Shown: positions 9,760-19,655, numbered from the stretch's first letter. The stretch is DNA of 64,000 bases from Candidatus Saccharimonadia bacterium (GCA_023253175.1 JALRHH010000001.1:24130-88129); one strand, 5' to 3'. Translations and numbers: made by a program. Notes: generated by a model from the sequence alone, not told the origin.

Positions 9760-11517
9760 ATGAAGCGATTTGTTCTCTTATTTCTTGGCTTTTTGTTTAC
9801 TAGTCAAATGATCGCTACGCCAGTATCGGCTGCAGTGAATGACTTTACAATCTCTCAGTACGACATTGATTTTAATCTGAGCCGTGATGATACCAATCAT
9901 TCAGTTTTAACGACCAGAGAAACTATTTTTGCAACGTTTCCCAGTAGTAATCAAAACCACGGCATCGAACGCTATATTCCAAAGAAGTACGATGGTCATT
10001 CAACACAACTCGATATACAATCGGTCACTCGGCAGGATGGCACGAAATGGAACTACACCACCTACGACAGCGGCGGCTACACGGTTGTTCGAATCGGGGA
10101 TGCGGACAAATACCTTCATGGTTCCCAGGCATTCGTGTTGGCGTATACCCAGCGGGATGTGACTCGGTATTTTGCTGATACTGGCGCAGATGAATTTTAT
10201 TGGGATGCCAATGGAACAGAATGGCAGGTACCTATAGAGAGTTTGACCGTCAAACTTACAATAGACAAGACCTTGACGTCATCACTAAATGGCAACACGG
10301 CGTGTTATCAGGGCGCATTTTCTGAGCGCGGTTCGTGTCAGCTTATGGGCGAAGATGACGAGGCGGTGTACGCAACCAATGCGAGGAATCTTGGTAAAGG
10401 CGAGAATGTAACGATTGCGCTCGGTTTCAAGCCAGGCACATTTACTGCCTATAAGAAGCCAGTGTGGGAGCAAATCTTGATTGGTTGGTTTGTGGTGCAG
10501 GGAATTGCATTGATCGCTTCAGTTGGGCTGCTTATTTTTCTGGGAATCAGATTTAGCAAATGGTCCGACCGAAAGTCAGATGTTGCCACTATTGTTCCAG
10601 AGTATCTCCCCCCTAAAGGCACCAGTGTGCAGACGGCAGCAGTTGTAGTTAATTCTCCATACTCGTTTAGCGCCCAGTTGATTGATCTGGCGGTACGTCA
10701 CTATATAAAGATATATGAAACAAAACCAAAGAGCTTCTGGTCGGCTGCTCAATATGATCTAGAGATCGTTAAGCCGATTGATACATTGACCACCGAAGAA
10801 AAAGAGTTTGTAAGCGACATCTTTGATGATCAGACAGCCCCTGGTTCAAAGATAAATACAAAAATGTTTAAAGGTAGCAGGGCGCTGTATGCAAAGCTAC
10901 GGGATAATCCGAAAAAGCTACAAGACCTCGTGCGCGGAACATATGGTATTCGTGAAAAAGATGCCGTAAAGTCAGCGTGGTTCAGGCGTGCTGGCTTTGT
11001 ATGTCTGGGGGCCGCTGTAGTGCTACTATCCCCGGTTCTTTTAATCGTAGCTATCATCATATTTGTTATGAGCTATAGCCTATGGCCATTGACAGACAAG
11101 GGCGTGGAACTGTCACGTTATCTGCAGGGTCTTAAAATGTATATTTCGGTTGCCGAGGAAGAGCGTCTGCGTCTCATGCAGAGTCCGGAGGGTGCGCAAA
11201 AAGCATCCGTTGATGCGGGTGATACAAAGCAGCTCGTGAAATTGTACGAACGAGTACTTCCTTATGCGGTGCTGTTTGGACAAGAGAAACAATGGAACAA
11301 GCAGCTCGGCACGTACTACCAGGAGTCTGGAACACAGCCTGATTGGTTCGGCAGTTCGCACATGGCTACCTTTAACGCTGCTGCTTTTGCCGGTGCGATG
11401 AGTGGCTTTACATCTTCTATTAATGCCAGTGGAGCAAGTTCGTCATCAACAGGCGGGTCAAGTGGTGGCGGTTCCTCCGGTGGTGGCGGTGGTGGTGGAG
11501 GCGGTGGTGGCTGGTAA
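9760..11517 (+). CDS. DUF2207-family membrane protein with Gly/Ser-rich C-terminal tail
   Basis: Signal peptide (MKRFVLLFLGFLFTSQMIATPVSA), a large N-terminal extracytoplasmic domain, TM helices, and a C-terminal SSSTGGSSGGGSSGGGGGGGGGGGW low-complexity tail. This is the typical DUF2207 architecture. Confidence 0.75.
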   Translation: MKRFVLLFLGFLFTSQMIATPVSAAVNDFTISQYDIDFNLSRDDTNHSVLTTRETIFATFPSSNQNHGIERYIPKKYDGHSTQLDIQSVTRQDGTKWNYTTYDSGGYTVVRIGDADKYLHGSQAFVLAYTQRDVTRYFADTGADEFYWDANGTEWQVPIESLTVKLTIDKTLTSSLNGNTACYQGAFSERGSCQLMGEDDEAVYATNARNLGKGENVTIALGFKPGTFTAYKKPVWEQILIGWFVVQGIALIASVGLLIFLGIRFSKWSDRKSDVATIVPEYLPPKGTSVQTAAVVVNSPYSFSAQLIDLAVRHYIKIYETKPKSFWSAAQYDLEIVKPIDTLTTEEKEFVSDIFDDQTAPGSKINTKMFKGSRALYAKLRDNPKKLQDLVRGTYGIREKDAVKSAWFRRAGFVCLGAAVVLLSPVLLIVAIIIFVMSYSLWPLTDKGVELSRYLQGLKMYISVAEEERLRLMQSPEGAQKASVDAGDTKQLVKLYERVLPYAVLFGQEKQWNKQLGTYYQESGTQPDWFGSSHMATFNAAAFAGAMSGFTSSINASGASSSSTGGSSGGGSSGGGGGGGGGGGW

Positions 11518-12073
11518 AGCGGCTGCGCGCTACGTGGTTTTACTCCGCGGCGTTAACGTGGGCGGAAATAATCGGGTGCCAAAAACTGCATTTCAGGCGG
11601 TGCTGGAAGGTTTAGGTTTTCACGATGTCGTAATTTATATCAATTCCGGTAATGCAGTATTTACAAGTAGTAGACAGCCGACAAGCCATGAAATCCAGGC
11701 CGCACTTGAGTCATATTTTGGCTTTACGATTCCGGCATTAGTACTGAGCGGTGAAAGGATTAAGGCCATTGCTGCCGCAATTCCCTCTGATTGGACAAAT
11801 GATGCACCAAAACCAGACAAATCAGGACAAAAATCGGACGTGCTATATCTATTTGACGAGATCAATGTACCGGGCGTCATCAAAGATCTGGGCCATAAGC
11901 CTGAAATTGAACAGATGATATATGTTGATGGGGCGGTGCTCACTAATGTTACGCGGCTTAACCAATCAAAGGGTAGCTTACAGAAACTTATAGCGACCCC
12001 GTTTTACAAGCAAATCACTATACGAAACATTACAACTGCCAAGAAGCTCGCCGAGTTAGTGGACGCGGTATAA
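11507..12073 (+). CDS. DUF1697 family protein (start uncertain: GTG at 11504 or 11507, after a GGAGG embedded in the upstream Gly-codon run)
   Basis: YVVLLRGVNVGGNNRVPKTAFQAVLEGLGFHDVVIYINSGNAVF is the DUF1697 N-terminal signature. The long ATG-initiated ORF from 11402 would overlap the DUF2207 gene by 116 nt in another frame and is judged an artefact. Confidence 0.6.
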   Translation: MAGKAAARYVVLLRGVNVGGNNRVPKTAFQAVLEGLGFHDVVIYINSGNAVFTSSRQPTSHEIQAALESYFGFTIPALVLSGERIKAIAAAIPSDWTNDAPKPDKSGQKSDVLYLFDEINVPGVIKDLGHKPEIEQMIYVDGAVLTNVTRLNQSKGSLQKLIATPFYKQITIRNITTAKKLAELVDAV

Positions 12074-12080
12074 TATTACC

Positions 12081-13604
12081 GTGAACGAGCAACTCAAAGA
12101 GAAGTTAAAGGATCTGCCAAAAGAGCCGGGCGTCTATTTCCATAAGGATAAGGACGGTCAGATTATTTATGTTGGCAAAGCCGCTAAACTTAACAATCGA
12201 GTGCGTCAGTATTTTCAGAAAAGCCGCGCGCGTGACCCAAAGACAGAGGCACTTGTTGCCGAAATCGTAGACACTGACTGGATGGTGGTCGAGAGTGAAC
12301 TCGAGGCATTGTTCCTTGAGGCTGAGATGATCCGGCGCTATATGCCGCGCTACAATATCTTGCTGCGTGATGATAAATCGATGGCGTATATACGGATTGA
12401 TTACGATAGCGACTACCCAACGGTAACAACCACGCGTCGTCCAATGGATGACGGGGCACGGTATTTTGGCCCATACCTCAGCACGCTCTCTGTCCGAAAA
12501 GCACTCAAATTTTTGCGTAAAATCTTCCCATTTGCGGTCAAGAAGACGGCCGGTCAAAAACGTGCAACCCTTTATTATCATCTTGGTCTTGATCCAGGCT
12601 TGGAGGAGGGCCGAACAACGCTTGAGGAGTACCGGGCTAATCTACGCAAGCTGATGTGGGTAATCGAAGGTAAGCGTACCCGTATTATTACCGAACTTGA
12701 GCGTGATATGAAAAGGCTCGCGAAAGAGGCTAAGTTTGAAGAGGCTGCAAAGGTGCGTAACCAGGTTTTTGCACTTAAGCGACTCGGTCAGCAGGTGATC
12801 TTTAGTGATAAGGAATTTATGGATATCAGTAAGGACCATGCGCTGACTGAGCTCGTGAATCTGCTGACGTTAAATGCATACCCACGTCGTATAGAGGGCT
12901 ATGATATTAGCCACATGCAAGGTACGGATGTGGTCGCGAGTATGGTGGTGTTTACGAACGGGGTGAGCGACAAGGGTCAGTATCGTAAATTTAAGACCAA
13001 GATTAATCACAATAATGATTTTTATAATATGAACGAGACAATCAAGCGTCGTTTGTCTGATAAAAACATCAAGGCGTGGGGCTGTCCTGATCTGATGCTG
13101 ATTGATGGTGGCAAGGGGCAGCTCGATGCTGCGCTTAAGGCGAGAGATGAGCTTGGCCAGGGCAAAATTCCGTTTATTGGACTTGCAAAACGCGAAGAGC
13201 AAATCGTCATCGATAAAGTCAGGTCAAATGTGACGCTGAATAAAGAACAGCTCTTAAAGCTTGGCGGATTTTTCGAAGAGAGTGAAGACTACTATCTTCT
13301 CAATATACCACATAATACAAATATTGTCAAGTTATTACAGCGAATCAGGGATGAATCACATCGTTTTGCGGTGAGCTATCACAGCGTCTTGAAGCAAAAA
13401 CGCCAGGTGGCAAGCTTACTTGACGACATCCCTACAATAGGACCGGAAACGCGTAAGAAACTACTTAAAACATTTGGGAGTGTTCGTGGTGTCATCCAGG
13501 CGAGGGACATGGAATTAGAGAAGCTGGTTGGAGAAAAGAAGACCATAATCCTTCGGCAGTATCTCCGTTCATACCGTCGGCTTGACCCTGAAGATTCTGA
13601 ATAG
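12081..13604 (+). CDS. uvrC: Excinuclease ABC subunit C (UvrC), short form
   Basis: N-terminal GIY-YIG nuclease motif (GVYFHKDKDGQIIYVGKAAKLNNRVRQY), a central UvrC homology region and a C-terminal HhH region. 507 aa. Confidence 0.9.
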   Translation: MNEQLKEKLKDLPKEPGVYFHKDKDGQIIYVGKAAKLNNRVRQYFQKSRARDPKTEALVAEIVDTDWMVVESELEALFLEAEMIRRYMPRYNILLRDDKSMAYIRIDYDSDYPTVTTTRRPMDDGARYFGPYLSTLSVRKALKFLRKIFPFAVKKTAGQKRATLYYHLGLDPGLEEGRTTLEEYRANLRKLMWVIEGKRTRIITELERDMKRLAKEAKFEEAAKVRNQVFALKRLGQQVIFSDKEFMDISKDHALTELVNLLTLNAYPRRIEGYDISHMQGTDVVASMVVFTNGVSDKGQYRKFKTKINHNNDFYNMNETIKRRLSDKNIKAWGCPDLMLIDGGKGQLDAALKARDELGQGKIPFIGLAKREEQIVIDKVRSNVTLNKEQLLKLGGFFEESEDYYLLNIPHNTNIVKLLQRIRDESHRFAVSYHSVLKQKRQVASLLDDIPTIGPETRKKLLKTFGSVRGVIQARDMELEKLVGEKKTIILRQYLRSYRRLDPEDSE

Positions 13605-13623
13605 TGTATACTTGTAGACTGGT

Positions 13624-14847
13624 ATGAGTACGAGCATCTCAGCTGACTTCTTTATAGGGAATCGCCAGCGACTACGCGAGTTATTTACGGGCACCGCACC
13701 GATTGTTATAAGTAGCAACGGGCTATTGCAGCGTAACAGTGATGTAACGTTCCCCTTTAGGCAGGACAGCACATTTTGGTATTTGACTGGCATTAATGAG
13801 CCGGATGTCCTGCTTGTAATTGATAAAGGTAAGCAGTATTTGATTGTTCCCGAGCGCGATGAGAGCCGCCAGGCCTTTGATGGCTCGATTGACACAGGGT
13901 ATTTAACTGAAATATCTGGAATTGACACAATATTACCGGAAAGTCAGGGGTGGCGGCAGCTATCTGCCCGGCTTAAGAAGGCAAAGCATGTTGCGACAGT
14001 GGCACCGGCAGCAGACTATATCCCGCAGCACGGTATTTACACTAATCCGTCCAGGGCGCGTCTACTGTCCCAGATAAAAGAGCAAAATAGTGATATTGAG
14101 CTACTGGACCTGCGCCCGCACATCAGTCGCATGCGCATGATTAAGCAGCCAATTGAATTAGAACGTATGCAAACGGCGATTGATCTCACTGCGGATACGC
14201 TAAAATCGCTCCAAAAGCGTGGTTTTGAAAAGTTTGCCTATGAATATGAGTTGGAATCAGCGATTACGCACAAGTTCCGAAAGAAACAGGCGGTTCATGC
14301 CTATGGTGCAATTGTAGCAAGCGGCGCAAATGCATGTACGCTCCATTATGTGCAAAATGACTCTCGGATCATGCCGAATGAATTCGTGCTGCTGGACGTC
14401 GGTGCAGAAATAGATAACTACGCGGCGGATATCACACGTACATACGCAGTTGGCGAAGTATCGAAGCGGCACCGAACCGTTCACGAAACAGTGCAGGTGG
14501 TCCAAGAGTATGCAATGTCGCTACTAAAGCCTGGTATTACCATGCGAGCATTTGAGGATAGTGTGCAGCAATTTATGGGTGAGAAGCTGCGCGAACTAGG
14601 ACTTCTTAAAAAGATTGAGGCGGAGGACGTACGGAAGTATTATCCGCACGCGACTTCTCATTTTCTGGGGCTTGATGTGCATGATGTGGGTGATTATGAA
14701 CGCCCGCTGGAACCAGGTGTGGTACTGACAGTAGAACCAGGTATTTATATTCCAGAAGAGGGTATTGGTGTTCGTATCGAGGACAACATTTTAATTACCG
14801 AGGATGGTATTACTAATCTGTCAGCAAAGCTTCCGAGGGGCTATTAG
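13624..14847 (+). CDS. Xaa-Pro aminopeptidase (M24 family, PepP-like)
   Basis: Pita-bread metal ligand segments HYVQNDSRIMPNEFVLLDVGAEIDNYAADITRTY and HFLGLDVHD; the tail EPGIYIPEEGIGVRIEDN. Confidence 0.85.
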   Translation: MSTSISADFFIGNRQRLRELFTGTAPIVISSNGLLQRNSDVTFPFRQDSTFWYLTGINEPDVLLVIDKGKQYLIVPERDESRQAFDGSIDTGYLTEISGIDTILPESQGWRQLSARLKKAKHVATVAPAADYIPQHGIYTNPSRARLLSQIKEQNSDIELLDLRPHISRMRMIKQPIELERMQTAIDLTADTLKSLQKRGFEKFAYEYELESAITHKFRKKQAVHAYGAIVASGANACTLHYVQNDSRIMPNEFVLLDVGAEIDNYAADITRTYAVGEVSKRHRTVHETVQVVQEYAMSLLKPGITMRAFEDSVQQFMGEKLRELGLLKKIEAEDVRKYYPHATSHFLGLDVHDVGDYERPLEPGVVLTVEPGIYIPEEGIGVRIEDNILITEDGITNLSAKLPRGY

Positions 14848-14887
14848 TCATTTCCGCCTAACGCGTAAATGTACTAAGATAGATGTA

Positions 14888-15250
14888 ATGAAATATGGTC
14901 CAATTGCCCGCTTTATAATCCGATGGTTTGTTTGTGGTCTCGGGATTTGGATTGCTGCCGGATTGCTCGGTGATCGCCTGCAGTACGATGAGCGTTTTAG
15001 CGCGATTGTTATTGCTGGGTTTGTACTCGCAGTTGTAAACAGCCTTCTTAAGCCAGTTGTGGTCTTGCTGTCGCTACCTGCAATTCTATTCAGTCTCGGC
15101 CTCTTTATGATTGTCATCAACGGCCTGATGGTAGTGATTGCAAGTTGGATTTATTCGCCGCTGCACGTAGAGAGCTTTTTTTCGGCAATGCTTGCCGGTA
15201 TGATCATTGGCTTGGTAAACTATTTAGTAAATACTATTTTGGAGGAGTAG
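14888..15250 (+). CDS. Small 4-TM membrane protein, PF04020 (phage holin 4_2 / former DUF360) family-like
   Basis: Four hydrophobic helices (GLGIWIAAGLL.., AIVIAGFVLAVVNSLLKP.., LGLFMIVINGLMVVIASWIY.., AMLAGMIIGLVNYLV). Start placed at the ATG at 14888, downstream of the pepP stop. Confidence 0.55.
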   Translation: MKYGPIARFIIRWFVCGLGIWIAAGLLGDRLQYDERFSAIVIAGFVLAVVNSLLKPVVVLLSLPAILFSLGLFMIVINGLMVVIASWIYSPLHVESFFSAMLAGMIIGLVNYLVNTILEE

Positions 15251-15272
15251 CCGTTTCCGGCGCATAACTGAT

Positions 15273-15488
15273 ATGAGCATCTATAACTACATTACAATCG
15301 CTTCGATGATTTTTCTAACGATCCTTATTTTGATCCAAACTAGAGGTGCTTCGCTTGGTGCTGGTCTTGGCGGCGGTGGCGGTGAAATCAACACCGAAAG
15401 GCGTGGGTCGGACAAGAGCCTTCACCAGCTCACGATTATTCTTGCATTTGTATTCGTCGCATCTATTGTGCTCGGTATCGTAAGCTAA
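15273..15488 (+). CDS. secG: Preprotein translocase subunit SecG
   Basis: Two TM helices flanking a Gly-rich loop (QTRGASLGAGLGGGGGE) in a 71-aa protein, which is the classic SecG topology. Confidence 0.65.
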   Translation: MSIYNYITIASMIFLTILILIQTRGASLGAGLGGGGGEINTERRGSDKSLHQLTIILAFVFVASIVLGIVS

Positions 15489-15508
15489 TAAAGCTCCCTA
15501 AAAGGTAC

Positions 15509-17296
15509 ATGATAAATAGAACCACAAAACTTAGGATGCGTCGCAGCTTTAGGCGCCACAAGAACCAGGTAGAACAACTGGGTCTTCAGACTGAAGATAC
15601 CATTGAGAAGCATTTCTTTAAGCGATTTGATCGACTTGTGAATGTCCGCCGTTTCGTGACTGCTTGGGTTGTATTCTGTGTTTTCTTAATTGGGGCGGTC
15701 TTGGCGCAAACAGGTGCTTTAACAAAATATTACAAAACTAATGTTCCTGCAGCCGGCGGGACATTTACCGAGGGAATACTTGGTTCATTTACGAATGCCA
15801 ATCCAATTTATGCGACTGGTCCCGTTGATGGTGCTATATCAAGGCTAATATTTGCCGGCCTCCTGAAGTACGACGCAAAGAACCAGCTGGTCGGAGACCT
15901 TGCAGAGGAGTGGGCAATTGACACAACAGAGACAGTTTATACAGTTAAGCTCAAACAAGATTTGAAATGGCAGGATGGGGAGCCGCTGACTGCTGCCGAC
16001 GTTGTGTTTACGTATAAAACTATTCAAACACCGGATGCTCGGTCACCATTATTTAACAGCTGGCAAGGGATTACTATTGAAGCGAAGGATGATCGTACTG
16101 TAGTGTTTACGCTGCCGGGAGTCTTGAGCTCCTTCCAGTATGGCCTAACGACGGGTATTGTACCGAAGCACAAGCTTGAGACTATTCCTGCTGCGCAGCT
16201 GAGAGCGACACAGTTTAATACCAGTGCGCCAGTCGGTGCCGGTCCATTTACATGGGACGCGATCGAGGTCGCAACTGAAGACAGGGCACAGCAGGGTCGT
16301 ATCGGTCTGCGGCAGAATGAGCACTATCATGCCGGCAAACCCGCGCTTCAGCGCTTTGTAGTGCGTTACTTTACTGACCAAAAACAGTTGGTTGAAAGCT
16401 TCGAAAAACATGAACTTACCGCGGTGAGTGGTCTCGATACATTCCCAGAAAGCTTTGCTAAGGATAATTCGATTAGCCAATATAGTATCCCCGTGACCGC
16501 ACAAGTGATGGTTTTCTTTAAGACGAGTCAAGAAGTACTCAGCGATGTCAAGGTAAGGCAAGCACTCGTGCAGGCCGTGGATCGTAGGCAGATTGTCGAT
16601 GGTATCGGCTACCCGATTATTGCATCCAATCAACCATTCTTGCCGGGCCATCCGGGATACGACAAGTCCGTTTCTCAGCTTCTTTTTGATCAGAAAGCAG
16701 CCGAGACTTTGCTTGACCAGGCAGGGTGGATCAAAGGTGCTGATGGATTTAGGCAGAAAAATGGTAAGCAGTTGGCGTTTAGCTTGTACTCCCAAAGCAC
16801 CAGTGAATATGCATATGTAACGCAAAAGCTACAGGCAGATTGGTCTAAGATTGGTGTCAAGGTTGACGTACTACTGCAGCCTGATAGCGACCTCCAGACC
16901 ACGGTAACGGGACATAATTACGACGCGCTGCTGTATGGTATATCGCTGGGGATAGATCCTGACGTCTATGCGTACTGGGGTAGTACTCAGGCAGATGAGC
17001 GGGCTGCAAACCGAGTTAATTTCTCTGAATATCGATCAACTACTGCTGATAGGGCGCTCGAAGCTGGTCGTACGCGCACGGATGGATCACTTCGTGCGGT
17101 TAAGTATAAGCCGTTCTTGGATGCATGGCGAAACGATGCGCCTGCACTTGCGCTTTACCAACCAAGGTACTTATACGTTACTCGTGATGCGGTGCATGGC
17201 TTTGACCCAACCACAATCAATAGTGCAAGCGATCGATATGCTAATGTCTCGCAGTGGAAGATTCGCCAACAGTCGGTCGATAAGATTAGTCAGTAG
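15509..17296 (+). CDS. ABC transporter substrate-binding protein, family 5 (oligopeptide/nickel type)
   Basis: N-terminal membrane anchor and a ~550-aa SBP_bac_5-like domain (GTFTEGILGSFTNANP...; AGLLKYDAKNQLVGDLAEEW). No cognate permease genes are adjacent. Confidence 0.8.
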   Translation: MINRTTKLRMRRSFRRHKNQVEQLGLQTEDTIEKHFFKRFDRLVNVRRFVTAWVVFCVFLIGAVLAQTGALTKYYKTNVPAAGGTFTEGILGSFTNANPIYATGPVDGAISRLIFAGLLKYDAKNQLVGDLAEEWAIDTTETVYTVKLKQDLKWQDGEPLTAADVVFTYKTIQTPDARSPLFNSWQGITIEAKDDRTVVFTLPGVLSSFQYGLTTGIVPKHKLETIPAAQLRATQFNTSAPVGAGPFTWDAIEVATEDRAQQGRIGLRQNEHYHAGKPALQRFVVRYFTDQKQLVESFEKHELTAVSGLDTFPESFAKDNSISQYSIPVTAQVMVFFKTSQEVLSDVKVRQALVQAVDRRQIVDGIGYPIIASNQPFLPGHPGYDKSVSQLLFDQKAAETLLDQAGWIKGADGFRQKNGKQLAFSLYSQSTSEYAYVTQKLQADWSKIGVKVDVLLQPDSDLQTTVTGHNYDALLYGISLGIDPDVYAYWGSTQADERAANRVNFSEYRSTTADRALEAGRTRTDGSLRAVKYKPFLDAWRNDAPALALYQPRYLYVTRDAVHGFDPTTINSASDRYANVSQWKIRQQSVDKISQ

Positions 17297-17345
17297 TTTG
17301 CAATTTTATCTTAAGCTGGTACCATAACAGGGCTAATTTATATAC

Positions 17346-17432
17346 GCGGATGTGGCGGAATTGGTAGACGCGCTAGTTTCAGGTACTAGTGGGAGCAATC
17401 CTGTGGAGGTTCAAGTCCTCTCATCCGCACCA
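17346..17432 (+). tRNA. tRNA-Leu (anticodon CAG), class II with long variable arm, CCA encoded
   Basis: Acceptor GCGGATG/CATCCGC, anticodon arm CTAGT-TTCAGGT-ACTAG, T-arm GGAGGTTCAAGTCCTC, 3' ACCA. Very similar to canonical bacterial tRNA-Leu. Confidence 0.9.
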
Positions 17433-17436
17433 ATCT

Positions 17437-17466
17437 AAAAAGTCGACCTTTGCGGTCGGCTTTTTA
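17437..17466. terminator. Intrinsic terminator after tRNA-Leu(CAG)
   Basis: Hairpin AGTCGACC-TTTGC-GGTCGGCT flanked by AAAAA and TTTTT. Confidence 0.65.
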
Positions 17467-17571
17467 GATTGCTTCAGGGGATATATTGAAGTCCTGCGCA
17501 AGCATCGCCACTTGCCATTTGAACACCCCCTAACATTGACCATTAAAGAATGTTCTCTGATGTGCGTGCAG

Positions 17572-18549
17572 CTATAGGGCTTCAAGGATTTGTACGGCGT
17601 TTTTTTCGTCTCTTGAAAGGGCTTTAAGTTTTTCTGATGCCTGGAGTACGTACGTTCGTTCGCCGGTCTCTGCAACTTTTTCGAATAATGCGATTACTTC
17701 AGACCAGCTCCGAGCAATAGCAATAAATGCTTCATGTGCTTCGCTGATTACCTTGTTTCCCGTTACTTTATAGGCTTCGCCCAGAAAATCTCGATAAAGA
17801 TTACGGAATAGGGCACCTCCCGTTCCAGCGCGCTCCATGATCATGGCTGAGGTTGCGAACTCTGTTTTGATATCTTTTGAATTATCAAACCACTTAATAA
17901 TTTCTTGGCTTGCTTTCTCGATACCCTTATAGCCAAGATTTTTAATAGGGGGATTAAGATATGCTTTTGTATTTGATCTGATAGCGGCAACTATAGCCTC
18001 TTTGAGGGGTGTTACTTCACCTTCTTTCTCAATAATATAGTAGAGGTTCCTTGAGGACATTGGGCCTTTTTCACTTCTTGCAAGCTCTAGACTTTGTAAA
18101 GATGAAGTCACTTCTGAACCTTGTTGTTTTGTATCGACTAAGAATGCATTTTTGTCATCATAGCCAAGTATGGCGACGTAATGTCCCGCAAAGTGTATAG
18201 GATGGGTGAAATACTCAAGATAGTAACAGTCTAGTTTGAGGCCAACAGCCTTATCGCTGTCCAAAAGCTCTTTGACTCCTTGCCATGCTTTCGTAACTGA
18301 CGACGTTTCTTTAACGGTTAACTTGAGCCCAAGATTCTTGGTAATATTTGCAGTTAATAGGTCGGTCTTTACGCGTCCGCCGATGAATGGGAAATCCATT
18401 ATCTTCATATTCCAGATAATAAAGCTCAGTCCTTCGCCAAGTCCAAATAACATTGGTTCACTCAGGTTCACTCCGATTTGGCCGAGCAGTGTGCCGGTGG
18501 CGGTGCTTTCGCAGTGCTGTCCAATATATGGCTGTGTATGTACTTTCAT
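17572..18549 (-). CDS. BtrH_N/DUF4872-like protein (butirosin BtrH N-terminal peptidase-like fold)
   Basis: The N-terminal GQHCESTATGTLLGQIG motif is characteristic of BtrH_N domains. Start overlaps the upstream PadR gene by 4 nt. Confidence 0.55.
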   Translation of the reverse strand: MKVHTQPYIGQHCESTATGTLLGQIGVNLSEPMLFGLGEGLSFIIWNMKIMDFPFIGGRVKTDLLTANITKNLGLKLTVKETSSVTKAWQGVKELLDSDKAVGLKLDCYYLEYFTHPIHFAGHYVAILGYDDKNAFLVDTKQQGSEVTSSLQSLELARSEKGPMSSRNLYYIIEKEGEVTPLKEAIVAAIRSNTKAYLNPPIKNLGYKGIEKASQEIIKWFDNSKDIKTEFATSAMIMERAGTGGALFRNLYRDFLGEAYKVTGNKVISEAHEAFIAIARSWSEVIALFEKVAETGERTYVLQASEKLKALSRDEKNAVQILEAL

Positions 18550-19067
18550 CCTAAACCCTTTCTTTTTAATTCCTTGTTAACCCAATTTAATTCCGCCCTA
18601 AGCAGCACTTCACTTAAGCTAAATAATTGTTTGGCAGATCGGGGCATATACTCAAAAGATGGAATTTTATCGTGCAGTGCTTTTAGATCGGCGGCCAGTA
18701 CTACTTTGCGCTGCTGAAGTGCGTTCTTAAGTTCTATGTCCCCAACGAGTTGGCTTGTGGCGAGCCCAGTCATGAGATCTGTATTAGCGGGCCTGCGTTC
18801 TTCAATAAGTTTCTTAGATTCATTCTTTAGGACGGATGTACCAGTAGCAGTGACTGAGTATAGTTTTTTCTCTTTGCCCTGTGATTTGGTGCTTTTGGCT
18901 AGACCTTTTGACTCGAGTCGTTCAAGTATGTAGTAGATAGATGAGAAGCCAATGTCTGTCCACTTTCTCATGCCTCTATCGGTAATGACCCTTTCGATGT
19001 CATAACCGTGCCGAGGTTGTTCTGACAGGATGCCAAGTATAAGCTGCTCAGATAATGATATCTTCAT
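18546..19067 (-). CDS. PadR family transcriptional regulator
   Basis: LILGILSEQPRHGYDIERVI..WTDIGFSSIYYILERLESKGL is the PadR winged-helix signature. Confidence 0.85.
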   Translation of the reverse strand: MKISLSEQLILGILSEQPRHGYDIERVITDRGMRKWTDIGFSSIYYILERLESKGLAKSTKSQGKEKKLYSVTATGTSVLKNESKKLIEERRPANTDLMTGLATSQLVGDIELKNALQQRKVVLAADLKALHDKIPSFEYMPRSAKQLFSLSEVLLRAELNWVNKELKRKGLG

Positions 19068-19193
19068 AAAACTATTCTAGCACTAGAATAGTTTTATTGC
19101 AAGTATGTTCTGTATTGCCACATCAAATAAAATACTTTTCTATTTGTTAGCTGGTATAGAACTAGTCTTTTGGCCGGCTTTCCGGGTTTGATA

Positions 19194-19655
19194 TTACACG
19201 CCCCATTTCTTTGCCTTATCCTTTAACTCTTCTTTTGAAAGCTCTTCAGTCCGCATTGCAAAAAACCACTCAAAACCAAAAGGGTCTTTGAGTATCGCCA
19301 TGAGATCTCCATGGAACTGCTCTTTAATGGGTTCAACAATGACTGCTCCGGCATCCACGGCATTGGTGACAAAAGCATGGATATCAGGAACATAGATGAG
19401 GATTTCCATTGGAGTGCCTCCAATGGTTACGGGGCTAAGGAAGTTTAGCTCTGGTAATTCCTCTCTCAGCATGATGGTTGCACCGTAGATCTTTAGCTCA
19501 CCGTGGGCTAACTTTTCATCACTTCGAGGAATAGAGATGACTTCTTCGGCATTAAAGGCTTGTTTATAAAACTGTACTGCTGCAAAACCATTGATAACGT
19601 TTAAATATGGAATAGCTGCACCCCGATACTTCTCAGGAATTATATTTTTTGACAT
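19194..19655 (-). CDS. VOC (glyoxalase/bleomycin-resistance fold) family protein, PhnB-like
   Basis: Two beta-alpha-beta-beta-beta modules (IPYLNVINGFAAVQFYKQAFNAEE..; HGELKIYGATIMLRE..; FGFEWFF). Start set at the internal Met (MSKNII), which has an AGAAAGGG RBS, rather than the longer ORF start. Confidence 0.6.
   Translation of the reverse strand: MSKNIIPEKYRGAAIPYLNVINGFAAVQFYKQAFNAEEVISIPRSDEKLAHGELKIYGATIMLREELPELNFLSPVTIGGTPMEILIYVPDIHAFVTNAVDAGAVIVEPIKEQFHGDLMAILKDPFGFEWFFAMRTEELSKEELKDKAKKWGV

Noticed and set aside
11402-11506. ATG-initiated N-terminal extension of the DUF1697 ORF overlapping the DUF2207 gene by 116 nt
   Set aside because: The extension is a Gly/Val/Ala run read out of frame from the (GGT)n tract. 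The conserved DUF1697 N-terminus begins after the DUF2207 stop, with GGAGG and GTG codons available.
11455-11515. Possible CRISPR or tandem DNA repeat (ggtggtggcggtggtggtggaggcggtggtgg)
   Set aside because: It is a coding low-complexity run of glycine codons inside the DUF2207 gene, with no spacers and no repeat-spacer periodicity.
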